From NCBI RefSeq assembly GCF_009914755.1, contig NC_060926.1: 64,000 nt of DNA, one strand, 5' to 3'. A program made the position numbers and the translations under genes. Of the stretch, positions 24,947-39,252 are shown in pieces. The DNA is from the human T2T-CHM13v2.0 reference genome, Homo sapiens. Each line of letters begins with the position of its first letter. Position 1 is the stretch's first letter. The notes beneath the pieces are model-generated. The model was not told the DNA's origin. It saw only the letters and a list, made by a program, of their open reading frames with translations, and made no database searches.

Positions 24947-27711
24947 TTCCAACTGGGAATGCGCACGGTTTCCACAACTATGCCACATATAGCTCAAGAC
25001 AATCCAGGTGCAGTTGACGCAACAAGCTGTCAGCAAACATGTACCCGGAAGAATGTTCAGGGTTCACAGAAGTCCATGCTGGTTTGATAAGAGGGTGATC
25101 ATTCATCCCATTTGTACATTTAGGAGTTTATGTCGTTAGAAGGCTGATCCACGCTTGTCTCTGGCTTTTCTGAGCTACACAGGAATGTTGCTATTTCTAG
25201 ATAATGATATAAGATTTACCTACAAGTGTTATTAATCCCACCCAGTATGGCAGAATGACCATAAACTCCAGATGTGGGGAGGACAATATCACAGCAGACA
25301 GTGAGCAATGGACAGCAGGCGATAGACAGGCCAAGCCTCCTGAGGCAGTGATCATCATGACCACACATCCATAAACCACACATCCGGACAGCAAGGACAG
25401 ACTGCAGACTCTGTAACAAACAGGTCTCCCTCCAAATACAAATAAGGATGTTTAAATGTTGGTAGGTGATCTATACTAATTTTACATAAACCTGTTTTTA
25501 TAAAATGTTTATTGAATTCGTAATAGCTTTGAGTCTTTAGAATATAATTTTAGTAAGTGCTAAAAATCTGCAAGCCAGCAAAGATTGGGAAAAATTGTTC
25601 CACTAAAATATCTTGGACACTCTTAACCTTTCAGGATTCAAATGCTCTCCCTGACTCTCACTCTCCCCAAGAAAAAGGAAAAACAAAAATCTTTTTTCCA
25701 AGGTTATGTCACTCTACTTGGCTCAGAAGACATGGCCACCAAAACTATCAAATGGATTTTTGAGTAGAGCAGTTCTTTCTTGATTTCCATCCAAGCAGAG
25801 TTAGGTTTTGAAGAACCAAAAAGGAATAGCTCAAAGCTGCTTATACACAATAGCAATGAGTGGCTCTGGATTGTAGACTCCAGTAAATCTATGAATAAAA
25901 GAAAACCCAGGGAGGAATTTATCTCCAATAACAATGAATCCCCACTAGGGCGGGAATTAAGAGAAGAACCGGACTGGGCTCAGATTTGAAACACTTTTAA
26001 ATGTAACACTCCCCAGCACATTGCTCTGAACATAGGCAGCGTCTCACTCAATATCTATTGATTGCTTCCAAGTTGAATGATATGAGACCTTTGGAACTGG
26101 CCATGGCTCTGTATTCCTTTTCCCTCAAAAGGGAAAGAAGGCATCTAAAAACCACGTGGTTCCTTTGGACTGATGGCTCACAGTGCTTAACAGCAAAGGG
26201 GCCTCTGAGGCGTGGCAGCCACAACCCTAGGAGTGATTATCATTGTCCAATTTCAATGGTCAGTATACCCTCTGTGTACTGTAACCAAAGCTAACAGAAT
26301 ATGGTGCTCTGGAAAGAATGTGGACAGGACCTGAGCGAGTCCCAACTATACAAATCACAGAAAAACAAGACACAGAAAGTGTCACTAAATCAAGAACTTT
26401 AAAATAAATGTTTTTTTTATCCCTGACTATAATCATTTACCATAGGCCTCAAGGAAAAAAAAAATGCTACCATGAAACCTAATGTTTCCGTGAAAGCACA
26501 GGAAATTAGTTATTCTGTCTTTAAAATAAAACAAAATTAATGTATATTTTTCTAATGAATTTGATAAAGTGAACCCTAAGTTGAGTGTGGCATTCACCAA
26601 AACTATAAGAAAAAACCCCGTTTACTATAAGATGGCAAAATATGGGTCTTAGTTCAAGCTAACACTTTTAAAGTAGCCTTTCTTTCACAACTTAAAAAAA
26701 TGTTGTTAATAAAAAATGGCCCTCACTTTGAATCTGAAGTATTTTTTAATGTCACCAAGTGCTATTATTAAATGTGTACTATATATGCATGTATACACAC
26801 ATAAAAATAAGCACTACAGATGTGGGCATGAAAATTCTTAGCAAAACCCCCACATATTTCAAATACTGTTCTTCTTCATTATTGTCCTCTACCATAATTA
26901 GCACGTTACAGCATAACAGGTGGCTTTCATTTATAGAATGCAAAATTAATGAAATTTAGAGATGGTCTTGTCTCCAAAAACAAATTGGCCATTCTATAAA
27001 AAGTACACCCCTTAATCTACAAAACAAACAGAAACAAACTCCCTTCATGCTGGTTTTCCAAATTATAGGAATTTCTGAATGTAGTTAAGTAAATTGAATG
27101 CATTTACTGACAGCTTAAAATTCATACACTTCAAGGAAAACAAGTCATTATTATGGATTTTATAAGAAAGGGGAAGAGAAACAAAGATTGCCGATTTTTC
27201 CAGCTTGGTAACCCCAGATCTGTTTAATGCTCTCTGAGTGATAACAGGATTTACTGCTATACACTGGGCTGCTCCACAAATGCTAAATCTTAGGCAAATT
27301 TGTGGGCAGTTGTGTTATAGGTCCTGACCTAGCCATTCTGGACAGACAGACCAGGAAAGCATAAATAGTACTGCTATAAACTAACTATAGCATCTGTCCC
27401 TAACAAGCAAGACTCACAAAGTATTTTTTTAAAATATGAGGAGACACTGAATAGACTGTCAACACACATAGGAATGTTTAATACACTCAAATAAATAAGA
27501 TATGTGCTTTAACTAGTCAGACATTGTTTAAATTTAGTGGGTGAAGAAAGAGAGAGGGTCAGACAGGCAGACACAGCCTCCCAATTATGCAGAATGATCC
27601 TTCAGATCATGTGAACGCTATAATTAAATGTTGCTACCAAATCCCCACTACCCTTTCTCCCACCTAGAAAAAGTTAATGCATGAATTCAGTATGAGCAAA
27701 TTGTGATTTAT

Positions 27712-27742
27712 AAAAACAAACAAACAAACAAACAAACAAAAC
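27712..27742 (+). repeat. (AAAC)n microsatellite
   Basis: aaaaacaaacaaacaaacaaacaaacaaaac. Confidence 0.9.
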
Positions 27743-28273
27743 CCACCCTATTCACTCCGTAGGGGAATAAAGCTTTCTTGCATTAAGTCACGCATCATGG
27801 GGGTAGGAAAAAAGCACAGTACTGAAAGAAATCCAACGTAACACAATAGTAATTGTTAGACCACCTCCTTCAGCTCACCTCTGCTTATTCATTTGTTTTA
27901 AAGCTCTACACTACCCACCCAAGAGGTATACCATCTCTGCAAGCTGTTTCCTAGGCAGCATCTTTTAGATTCAGGACTTAATAATAAAAAACAACAACAA
28001 CAACAACAAAACATTTCTATCAGAATATCTAAGGAGAAATTTGTTTTCAGAAAGAGGCATGAGAGGCTAAGAGCTCTGTGTCTATCAACAGACCAGAGGT
28101 TACCTATCTGTCCTTGCACGTGGGCACACACAAATACAAACACATACACACTGTGGTCCTCTACAACTAGGATAAATTTTCTCCTTTAAAAAAATGCTAA
28201 AAGCAGGCACCAGAAAGGTTAAGAATAAGAGAACAATGAAAAAATAAAGTTCATGTAAACAGTAAGCACGTAC

Positions 28274-28290
28274 CTGCCAGGCGATGCCAT
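28274..28290 (-). CDS. SPRED2: Coding part of the SPRED2 alternative first exon (N-terminus MASPGS-DSYIV...)
   Basis: Minus strand gaggaaATG GCA TCG CCT GGC AG|gtacgt; strong Kozak context (-3 G, +4 G); phase-2 donor joins exon 2 as AG+T=Ser, matching the SPRED2 isoform b N-terminus as I recall it. Confidence 0.9.
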
Positions 28291-28454
28291 TTCCTCTACA
28301 TTGTGGAGCCCGAGTGCTGGGTATTAGCATTATTGCTACTATAAAGCTTCCGATAAAAATGGATCGTCTCTTGCTGACCTGAGAACCAGCTGGCTGCCTG
28401 AGAAGTGGTTTCCCCCATATATGATTCAGTCTCCTTGACAAATATACTGCATTG

Positions 28455-28500
28455 TACCGGATGAGTCATCCGAGGGTTAGTCCGCATTTTATAGGCCTGT
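28455..28500 (-). promoter_or_regulatory. Candidate core promoter of the alternative first exon: TATA box plus ETS/AP-1 palindrome
   Basis: Minus-strand TATAAAA at 28493-28487; cggATGAGTCATccg at 28458-28472; predicted TSS near 28460, about 170 nt upstream of the ATG. Confidence 0.6.
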
Positions 28501-28894
28501 TGTGTCATTACTCACATTCAACATCCTGCTTCTCAAAAGTGGAAACTGGAAGCCTGACAGCTGACAGATGCGTTTTCCAATTAAAATATTGTTTTAAAAA
28601 TTCCTGTAAGTTATGATTACCAATCATTGATGAAAGGATGAAATGCCCAGGAAGCAAATGGCACAGTTCAATACCTGAGATTACATTCTGGAGAACCACA
28701 AGTGCAAATTCTTCACCTGCCCCCAGCCCCAAACCAAAGAATTTCGTCCAAAGTTGAGAGCAAGGATCCCTCTCTTTAAAGTTATCAGCTGAATTCGTGT
28801 AGGCATGGACTTGTTGATTCTTGTGCTGTGAGGTTACCCAGCTGCAGAAGCTATGTAAAAAGTATACATCAAAATTTTGGTCCTGGATTAATTT

Positions 28895-29165
28895 TATAGG
28901 TGGGATAGTGGCATTGTGTTTATAAAATGTCTACTTTTTTAGAGAGGCATGTTGAAGTATGTTAGGGGTAAAATGATATGATATCTGGGGTTTGTTGTGA
29001 ATATTTTAGCAAAAAATAAATAAGGGACGGGGTAAAGAAATGTGGCAAAATCTTGATAAATGGTTGCATCTGTGTAGTGCGTATATGCAGGCTGACTGTA
29101 TTTCTCTTTTTTGAAGTATCTTTGAAAATTTTCATAATAAAATGTTTTTAAAAATTAAAAAAAAT
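28895..29165 (+). mobile_element. L1ME-like 3' fragment
   Basis: gttgaagtatgttaggggtaaaatgatatgatatctggggtttg...tgtggcaaaatcttgata...tttgaaaattttcataataaaa. Confidence 0.7.
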
Positions 29166-30485
29166 TTTTTTTTCAGTCCCTGCAATCTAATTTATACCTA
29201 AACAAGGCACTTTTCTAGTTAGGTATAGAGCTACCACACATGTGAGTGTGGGAGCTGAACTTGAAGTTGTTTCTGCCTTCCAGCTGGGAGGTATGATACA
29301 TGTATCCTGCGGCTGTTGTGAGTGTTGCATCAACCTCCTGAACAAACGCCTAGTGCCTTCTCCTCCCAGGGCGATCTGGTGATTGTTTCCTTATGCATTC
29401 TCTGAGGACACAAGCCCTGGCTTCATGGCTCAGTGTTAACGTTATGAAGGAGAGGTGACTATACCCAGCTTCCTTACAAGGTTTTGGAAATGCTCCATGA
29501 GAGGTTATGTAAGTCACATCCATAGTCTCTTAAACCAGCAGGCCCTTTGGTAATGTGGCACAGGGTTTGCTTGACTCACTTAATGTTCAAATTGGGTGTC
29601 TTAAACCATCTGGAGGAGGAAGAGCTTTGATTTAGTGGCTGACAAAAAAAAAATCCAGATATGGAAGCTCCAATGTATGTGAAATAAAACCACTGTTGAA
29701 ACTGGCTGTCACTTTAAAAACTATCCATATTGATGCGCTGTGAAAACATGACAAGTCACCACAGGAAACAAAATAGAGGGGTCACTAAAGCCCAGAGCTC
29801 CTGCATGGCCCCCTTAGTCCTGAAACTTAAAAATGGAAGCATGTTTCAGGCTGAGGTTCACACCTCAGCAAACAGCTGACTCTAATTCTTAAAGGACCCT
29901 GTCTAATAGGACTTCAAACTGGCTCCAAATGGTTGGGACAGTCCCATCCAACATCAAATTACAACCTCACTAATCCAGACTGATTAGGATTGTGCATGGG
30001 CCTCAACTGAAGACTTCCTTGGCTTTGACAATTCTTTCCTCCTCACGAGGACTGCAGGCTGCAGCCTTATCAAAATGTTTCCTTGAAATTTTATAACTTT
30101 TCACACACTTGAAAAGCATAATTTACCTTAATGCAGCAGGTAGAAATGGGGGAAATTAATAAACTTGTAGTCTAATTTGAGTTTCTATAGTATTTTGGAG
30201 AAATAAGTTCACAGTTCATTGAAGAATTTTATAATTCAGATTTCAGTAATGAAAAATACAAAAATAATAGCAATAATAATGTGTGCACACATGCACAAAC
30301 AATGAGAATAAGGCAAAGATAGTAAAATGGTAACAAATGGGGAAATGAGAATAGGGGAGTCCTTCATACTGTTCTTGCAACATTTCTGTAATTATGAACT
30401 GTTTCAAAATAAACTTAAACATTCACAAACACACAGGAATGAATATATATAACCCCTATTCCTAAAAAAATTAAAAAAGAGATTA

Positions 30486-30769
30486 TTGGGTGCAGTGGCT
30501 CATGCCCGTAATCCCAACACTTTGGGAGGCTGAGGTGGGAGGACTGCTTGAGGCTGGAGACCAGCCTGGGCAACAAAGTGAGACCCTGTCTCTACAAAAA
30601 ATACAAAAAGTAGCTGGGCATGGTGGTGCATGCCTGTGGTCCCAGCTACACAGAAAGCTGAGGCAGGAGGATAGCCTGAACCTGGGAGGCTGAAGCTGCA
30701 GTAAGCTATGTTTGCACCACCGCACTCCAGCCTGGGTGATGGAGCAAAAGACCATGTCTCAAAAAAAAA
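30486..30769 (+). mobile_element. AluJ
   Basis: ggaggactgcttgagg...gcaacaaagtgagaccctg; ggaggatagcctgaa and gctgcagtaagctatg are J-type features. Confidence 0.9.
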
Positions 30770-30935
30770 TGATTTTTTAAGTATTTAATAATCACCACAG
30801 TTACTGTTGCTGACATGCCCACCCATTTGAAAAATATTGGACCATAAAGAAATTTACCAAAGTGTTAACACTGGGAAATGCCTCTGGGTTTGGGTTTCTC
30901 AAAGGATATTCCTTATAAACATTTTTATAAGGGGA

Positions 30936-30987
30936 GACACATACATACACATACACACACACACACATACACACACACATGCACACA
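30936..30987 (+). repeat. Imperfect (CA)n/(CATA)n microsatellite
   Basis: acacatacatacacatacacacacacacacatacacacacacatgcacaca. Confidence 0.9.
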
Positions 30988-31724
30988 TTTTGGGAAAACA
31001 TCATACTATATCCCTGAGAATATTGTTCAAGTTTTTCTAGGCTTGCATTTTCCAAATTTATTTGACCACAGAATCCCCACCCCCAACCCCCACTACCATC
31101 CCAATAAGCCTGAAGAAAGAACTTTGGTGGTGATAGCATATGCGATACTTTTCCCCTGATCTTTTACTTTTACTCTAAGTTTTCTTCAGAACACATTTTA
31201 CTCATTATAACAACAAAGGCATCAAAACATGGTTCCTACCATCTTTAACAGACATTTCTGTTTGGTCGACTTGCATGCTAATGATACCACTATTTAGAAA
31301 ACAACTTAATTATGCAATTTCTAGTCTCCCCTGACCATACTAGTGTGGTCTGTGCCACCAGCAGCTGAGGAGCCTGCACCTGTGTGCAATGGCTTGGCAG
31401 CTCATGCCAGTGCTGGGCCTGGGTGAGGCCATTCCAAGGAGTAGTATAGCTTGCTGAAGGCCTGGCTCCACCTCACTATTTTCAGAGCACAGGGTCTTAG
31501 AACCTGGAAAGCAGCCTGGACATATATGTCTTCTGCCTCTGAGCTCTCCAGGACTTCATGTATTCATTTCCTAGCACTGATCCTCGGCAGGTAAGAAGCA
31601 AAACTAGCTGTAACTATACAGCAAAACTTTAGCTATATATGTATATAACTTAAGTCCAAATACTGGCTTATGTCAGGATCTAAAAGAAAATGCGGATATC
31701 AATGATGCAGGTACTGTAGGCTGA

Positions 31725-31960
31725 CTGTATTGTGTAGTGGTATAAAGCATGAGTTTGGAGTGAAATTTACTTGTTCCAAATTCAACCTTGCCTACACTTA
31801 ATGTTATTTAACTTCTCTAAGCCTCTGCTTCCTTACCTGTAAGATGGGTACAATACTATTAATAATCTTACAGAATTGTTTTGAATGGTATAAATGCGAC
31901 CATTCGCAACAAGTACTTAGCATAGAGCCTGGCCACATACAGAACACTCATCAATTTATG
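31725..31960 (+). mobile_element. MIR
   Basis: gtgtagtggtataaagcatgagtttggagt...ttatttaacttctctaagcctctgcttccttacctgtaagatggg...acttagcatagagcctggc. Confidence 0.85.
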
Positions 31961-32008
31961 TGAACAACGACAATGATTATTAGTAAATTTTATGAATTTA
32001 GACTCTCT

Positions 32009-32178
32009 CAGAGGTGGGCAAATTATGGCCAGCCACACATTCGAGTGTTTATATGCTGTCTATGGCTGCTTGAGAGCTACAAAGGCAGGACTGAGCAGCT
32101 GTGACAGAAACCATACGGTCCCCAAAGCTGAAAATATTTACCATCTAACTTTCATAGAGAAAATTCGTTGACCCCCAG
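32009..32178. mobile_element. MER58A-like hAT MITE
   Basis: cagaggtgggcaaattatggcc...tgtctatggctgct...gctgtgacagaaaccatacgg...aaagctgaaaatatttaccatct...ttgacccc. Confidence 0.75.
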
Positions 32179-33342
32179 TGATCAACATTTGGGTGAATAA
32201 AGAACCAGATCTTTTTCCTACAGAAATGTTGGTTGTTGGTCCCTTATTCTCCTCAATGTCCCAATTTAGAATCAGATACAAGAGTGTTATTTATAGTGAT
32301 TTGGTCCACAGGATCTGTAGTTCACACTTTCCTTATAATGCAAAACACATACACAGCTTTCTGTCTTGCGGTAGGAGGGGAAATCTACAGTGCCTGAGGT
32401 TGCCTGTTGGTCTTTCCATCTCCCCTCTTTCCTGACCAGCCCATTCAGAAAGGACCTCCCCTATTTCAGAGTCCAGTGATTCCAGCTGAAGTGTATGAGT
32501 CCACAGCCATCCTCCCCTCCCCCGAAGTCACATTTGTGCATTATGTAGAAACCACACATGTCCCCAGAGGTTGAAGCAAGAGGTGAAAGATGATCTGGAA
32601 GAGGCATGCAGGAAACTAAGCAAACAGAAATGAAGGATGCTTTCAAGGGGGCTGAATAGCCACACACAGGATTAACAAGGCAGTGAGGGCCTTCAGAAAT
32701 GAGGGCTACAGCCACCCTGTCGCTGCCCGTAAGAGCTCAGTAAGGAAAATGAGGGCCAACCCAGAAAAATGAAGAACGTGCCTCAAAATCAGGTCCCAAG
32801 ACATATCCCCGCATCCAATCATACTGAATATTTTTTTTGGCAGGAAAACTTGTTTATTTGGGGGAAATGAATCCACAGCATTAATGGATAATGCAGTTGA
32901 AGGAACTCCTGGGACTGGTCTCTGGGAGGGGAAATTTGCACAAAAGAAACCATTCTAACTGCCTTCAGTTATGTTCTCTTGAAAAAAGAAGCCTCAGCCA
33001 GCTGTTTGAACAGATTAAACTGGGGTGTACTTAGATATACACAGTGTCTTTCTGGTGGTCACTTGCTGCCTTACTGGAAAATATCAACATCTTTGAGAAG
33101 TCAATCCAATAGAGAAATGTCTATGTTAAATACTGATGAGAATGATGAAGGCTGGTCAAGGAGGCGGCGGAGGCAGATGATTTCTATTGTTACCTAGTAG
33201 AGCCGGGCCTTCAGTACACACAGTGACAAATCTTACTTGAAGCTAAGTCAGTTTTCAGCTATGTTTCTTAAAGTGTAACGGGCTGGCAGAGGGGGTAAAA
33301 TAAAGCTCTCTCCAAAGCTCAGGGTTAATTTGGGGATGTTCA

Positions 33343-33739
<397 letters not shown>

Positions 33740-36040
33740 CTATAATGTAAGGATCTTTCAGAGCTAGGACTGTGGTTTCAGCCCAGGTTTCTTTAGGGAA
33801 AGGCAAAGGGAACTCACATTCTCCCAAAGCCCACTCTGTGTGGGGTGCTCCATAGGGTTCTATTATCACACCCGTAAATTCTGTTCCTGGACTGTGTGGA
33901 GGGAAAATCAGGGCTGGATTAGTCGGCAGGCTTTGTCTAGATAGTCTGAGTTTCTCCTGCACAGTATGTTAAACAAATGCAGCAGGCCTGATGAGAGAGG
34001 AAGAATCCAAAATACATTAGAAATATGGGAAAGTCACTCTGGGAAAGTATGGGAAGAGCCGGGGGCTTGATTAGCAATGAAAAGGGAATGGTTGCGGCAT
34101 TCAGGGTGCTGATTATGTGGCTGATGGGAGGCCAGGTGTCTATGAGAGGAGACCAGTTTCCCCTTAAAGCCTGGCAAAAGAGTGTTGAGGACCAACCAGG
34201 ACAAGGCCTGGCTTCAGACCTGGTTGCAAACAGACCAAGTCTAGATCTAGAAGTGGAATTTGAAGTTCAAGGGATTGGGTTAACTCAAGTCCTGGAAATG
34301 AGATAAAGGGAGTTAAGGAGTGACCATTTAATGTATTTAGCAACTGACAGGCTGAACAATGAGGTCTGAGCTTGAAATCAGCTTAAAGTTGAATGACCTA
34401 TTCCTTAAGGAGCACTTGCACCAAGAGGATCATTAACCGGACTAAGCATGCTAGACCCAAATCTGCCACTCAGGCCAACTCAACCCATTCTGCTGTTTCC
34501 CTACCTCTAAGCCAGAATTAGACCTGAAGCTGCTCTGTAAAATTCTAAGAATAGTCTTAAGCAGAGAAATCTATTACTCACCTTGATGCTGGCCACAAAA
34601 AACTTATCCAAGACAGCTTCCTAGCTAAGTAAACCTTTCACATGGAAGCTATCTGTTTGTCAGATGCCTATACAGCTGTGGACATGGAAATGTCTTCTAA
34701 GAACTTTCAACAATACTTTTTAATCATTCTCCTAGGTAAACAGCCCATAATTAATGGAGTTAGAAATCTTGCAAATTTATTCTATTGAGAGGCAGTAGCT
34801 TTGGCCTAGCTTTGCCACTAGTTATACAACCTGAGGTAGAGTCACTTAACTTCTTTGTGCTTCAAATTCCTTGTCTAGAAAATGCAGGGTTTAAACTAGT
34901 TTAGTACCTGAAGCTCCAACACAGCGAAATGAGAAAACTGCCTAACAATAAAAGTACCCCATAAAGAAGAGGGGAGTGGAAAGAAAGCTGGGCACTGTTG
35001 GTGGATCAAGACCAATGGATTGGGAGGAAAGCTATGTCCCTGATGCTGGATCTAAGAGACCACACCAAACTCACACACCAGTCCAAAAGGATGTGGATCT
35101 TACCCCAAAGCTAGAACTCACTTTTCCTTACAAACAAACATTAGTCAACAGCAGCAGCTAATGTCAATATTAGCTATGGTTATGTAATATGCAAACACTG
35201 AGTTTTAGAATTACACTGGACTTTTATCCCAAACAAAGACCCAAGATGGGGAGACAGAGTCTATAGCACAATCTCTTCTGTCTTCATGGCAATTGGTGCC
35301 ACAATTACAGCATTTTGCTATGACTTGCATGTCATCTTTGCCACTGGACTTGAGATTCTCTAGGTCTTTTCTTTTTCATTTTTCCTTTTGTAGCTCTGCA
35401 TTTGGCACATGGTAAACCCACGGTAGACTGGGTTTCTTCATTCATTCAACAAACACAGATTATCTTTTATTGGCTTCTACAGGGGGTAGAGATAAGGATT
35501 ACATGAGGGGAGGAAATGACAACAGCAAACTTCTGTGATGTGTATTTTTTTCTTCATTACAAAAAGTGATAAATTCACTACAGAAAATTTAGCAAATGCA
35601 AAGAAAAACATTCACCTGAAATACATCTAGGCAGACGAATGTAAGAGTCTTACAGGCATCCACAGTATGTGAGGCACGTTTGCTAACTTAACGTACTTTT
35701 CGCCACTGAGATCCATTTAAAAAATTACTGGAAAATAACATTCCCGTTTTTCTATTTATTCATTCCTGATAAAAACAAAAGAGATTGTGCACAGGGCTTA
35801 GCAAGATTTTATTTTCTTCTGCTTTCGTTCAGCTTCCCAGAGGGGCAAATAAATAATTTATGGGGTTCACACCTTATGAACCTTAGACATTAACTACAGA
35901 ACTAGAAGAGCTGCCTGGAATTCTAAACTGGACTTCAGAAATACCTAGGTCCAGACCAAGCACACTTGATGGAAGAGAAAATTACAGCTGTTGATCAAGT
36001 TCCTTGTACAAATTTAACTGCAGGAGCCAGAACTGGGCCT

Positions 36041-36133
36041 GATTCTAAATTCATTGTTCTAAATTCTAAATTCATTGTTCATTACTAAGATTCTAAATTC
36101 AGAATATAAACTCATTGTTCCTTACTAAGAATT
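36041..36133 (+). repeat. Complex micro-duplication array
   Basis: Reshuffled modules attctaaattcattgttc and ttactaaga, each repeated 2-3 times. Confidence 0.75.
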
Positions 36134-38079
36134 AGCTACCTAACTAAAACAAATCCCAAAATTCTGTCACAGTTAACTTTCTGGTTTCTCATGATTCCAG
36201 AATAAGAAAAGTAGATGATCACATCTAGGATATTTACCTGGATGAGAATTCTCAGGTGGCAGGTTAAATAAATCACCAGCAGGGCAGCCAAAGTTACTAA
36301 ATACTTGAAAATTCTTCCTGGCTCTGCCACAAACATTTCAGCTCTAACAGAAATTTTAAAAATAGGCCAGTGAAGGTGAGTCAGGGCTCACTGGTTAATA
36401 GATGGGAAACTATCAGATAAAGCTTACAGACGACTGACTTGGGGCCCAACTTCCTGCCCATGGCTTACCTGCATTCTGCATAGGGGAGGCATGTGTGGAG
36501 AGCACCCAACTTGTTTCGAGTATCTCCTCCTCTCAGGTATCCCCAAGAGTGAGCCTAATACAGCTTGCTGGGAGAGGGGAGAGAAGCGGGTATCCAAAGC
36601 ACCTCACCAAGAAATGAAGCTTGCTGTGTGTGGCAGATGAGTGTTTTACAGGGGTGTCTCATAGGTGCACAGTTACCCTTTCCAATTGAACAACGCACAC
36701 TCAGCAAGAGCCTGAGAACATTTAGAGAGTAGAGGCCCTTCCTCTGAAGAACACATACCCTGGAGTTGGCTGAGACTTGGGGGCCCCTGCCCACGTGCCT
36801 TGCCACCCCTGATGTGCCTCAAGCATTTAAAGTTGCAGCACATACTCATGTGTCAACATGGCTCTTAAATGCCAGTCAATGACTTCAACTGGCACTCCAT
36901 CACAGGAACATTAACTCTTCCCAGCACTGGAGGAAGAGGCGAAGGCTTGTATGCCGGTCTCAGGTAGCTGTGACCACATGTGATTTCCACTGTGTGTATA
37001 GCCCTATTCAAAAGGGACAGAGATCTGTAGGGGAGATGACAAGTCCCTGATCAAATCTCAACTGACCAGCACTCATCCTCATAATAGTACTCACGTAGTC
37101 CTCATTCAAGGAAGAAAAGGGCCAAAGGAGGAGGGCTTACCCACTCTCTTCATTTAGCTGGCATTAAAAGGACAGCTCTCAAGTTTCATTAAAGTAAGTG
37201 TCAGCTGGCTAAGACGAAACAGTAGGGGGAATGGACAGTCAATGTGGGCTCTACCTATTTTGTAGGTAGAAACCTAATAGTAATGCACAAACCAGAATAA
37301 AATAGAAAAGGTACATTTGTGGCAGAGCCGAGAATAGATCCCAAGTGTCCTTGAATTTCATTTTTCAGAACACTTTTAAACTTTTAAACAAGGTTCATTC
37401 TCACGGTTCTTTGTTTCAAGTCTCCCCAAAGATCTTCTCTGCCTCTTTCTCCACTCAAGATGGAGAAAGGAGTTCCACGGATTTCATTTGTTTGTTTCCC
37501 ATGAGCCCCCGATGCTAAGAATGTGTGGAGTGTGAAGAGCAAGTCTTAACATTTGAACATTCCAAAGCTACCAGGGTGGGACCAGTTCAGCTCAGAGAGA
37601 TTTTGCTACCACTCAGGACAAGCTGGAAATAAACACAAACATACAGACAATATGGTGCACAGAATGCCAACAGGTAAGCAAGAGAGACTGGGGTGGGAGA
37701 GGAGGCCATGCTCTTGTGCTCCCTATCCTCCCACCACACCTCCTCCGAAGAAAGAAGACAGCAGCCCACTATGTTGTGGGACATAGGCACCTGCCTTCCC
37801 TGTTCCCTACAGTTAAACTTTAGAGGCTGTCAGCTCAGTTTATATTTCAGGGTGAAGAAGGGGAAACGCCCATGGGCTCCAGGAGCCAACCATGTATTTA
37901 TTATCTGTTGCTGAGGAAAGCATCATGGGAAGAACAGGGCACGGCATTCCATGGGTCCGTTTCAGAGCAGATTCTGGACTGTTTAAATGTGGATAAGCAG
38001 TGGCCAGAAGCTTACAAAACAGATTAACTGGGGCATAATGAAGCCATTAATTTATCTGTACAATGTAAAGATAGATGCA

Positions 38080-38830
<751 letters not shown>

Positions 38831-39252
38831 TGCCTTTACATATTAAGATGCTTGTTTACTGCTCTGTAACCATCTAACCATGATACAAAGACAGAAGAAA
38901 ATCTTGCAACTGTAAACCCATCTGAAATCAAGACAAAGCCCTTCTAAAGAAGAAAAAAGCTACAGAAAAATAAAACCAAATTTAGATTTGTTGGGTCAGG
39001 ATAATGAATGATGCATACGTGGTAGCACTGGATTGGTATTTGTGAAAGGAGTGATACAGTTTGATTATTTAGGCTGCCCATTCTCCATCCTTATCCTCCT
39101 CTTGCCGACCCCCCAAAGCCTCATCACCCATTAAAGCTGCAGCGTCTGACTCTAAGAAATTCTAACAGTGTTCGGTCTCATAGAGGGGGAACACTGTGGC
39201 AAAGCAATGACTGATGAGGTGGTAGGTGTTACCTCAGAGGGCAGAAACTCAC

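Noticed and set aside
28100-28508. 113-aa and 70-aa ORFs over the alternative first exon as independent proteins
   Set aside because: They run across the splice donor or the predicted TSS and resemble no protein I recognise; their relevant parts are treated as uORFs.
34576-34584. Perfect minus-strand splice donor AAG|GTGAGT
   Set aside because: About one such 9-mer per strand is expected by chance in 64 kb, and I found no convincing acceptor plus compatible reading frame upstream.
37250-37270. Small hairpins and quasi-palindromes (tctaccta-ttttg-taggtaga; also ~31333-31350 and ~62397-62424)
   Set aside because: Stems of 8-13 bp with no supporting context; expected occasionally by chance.
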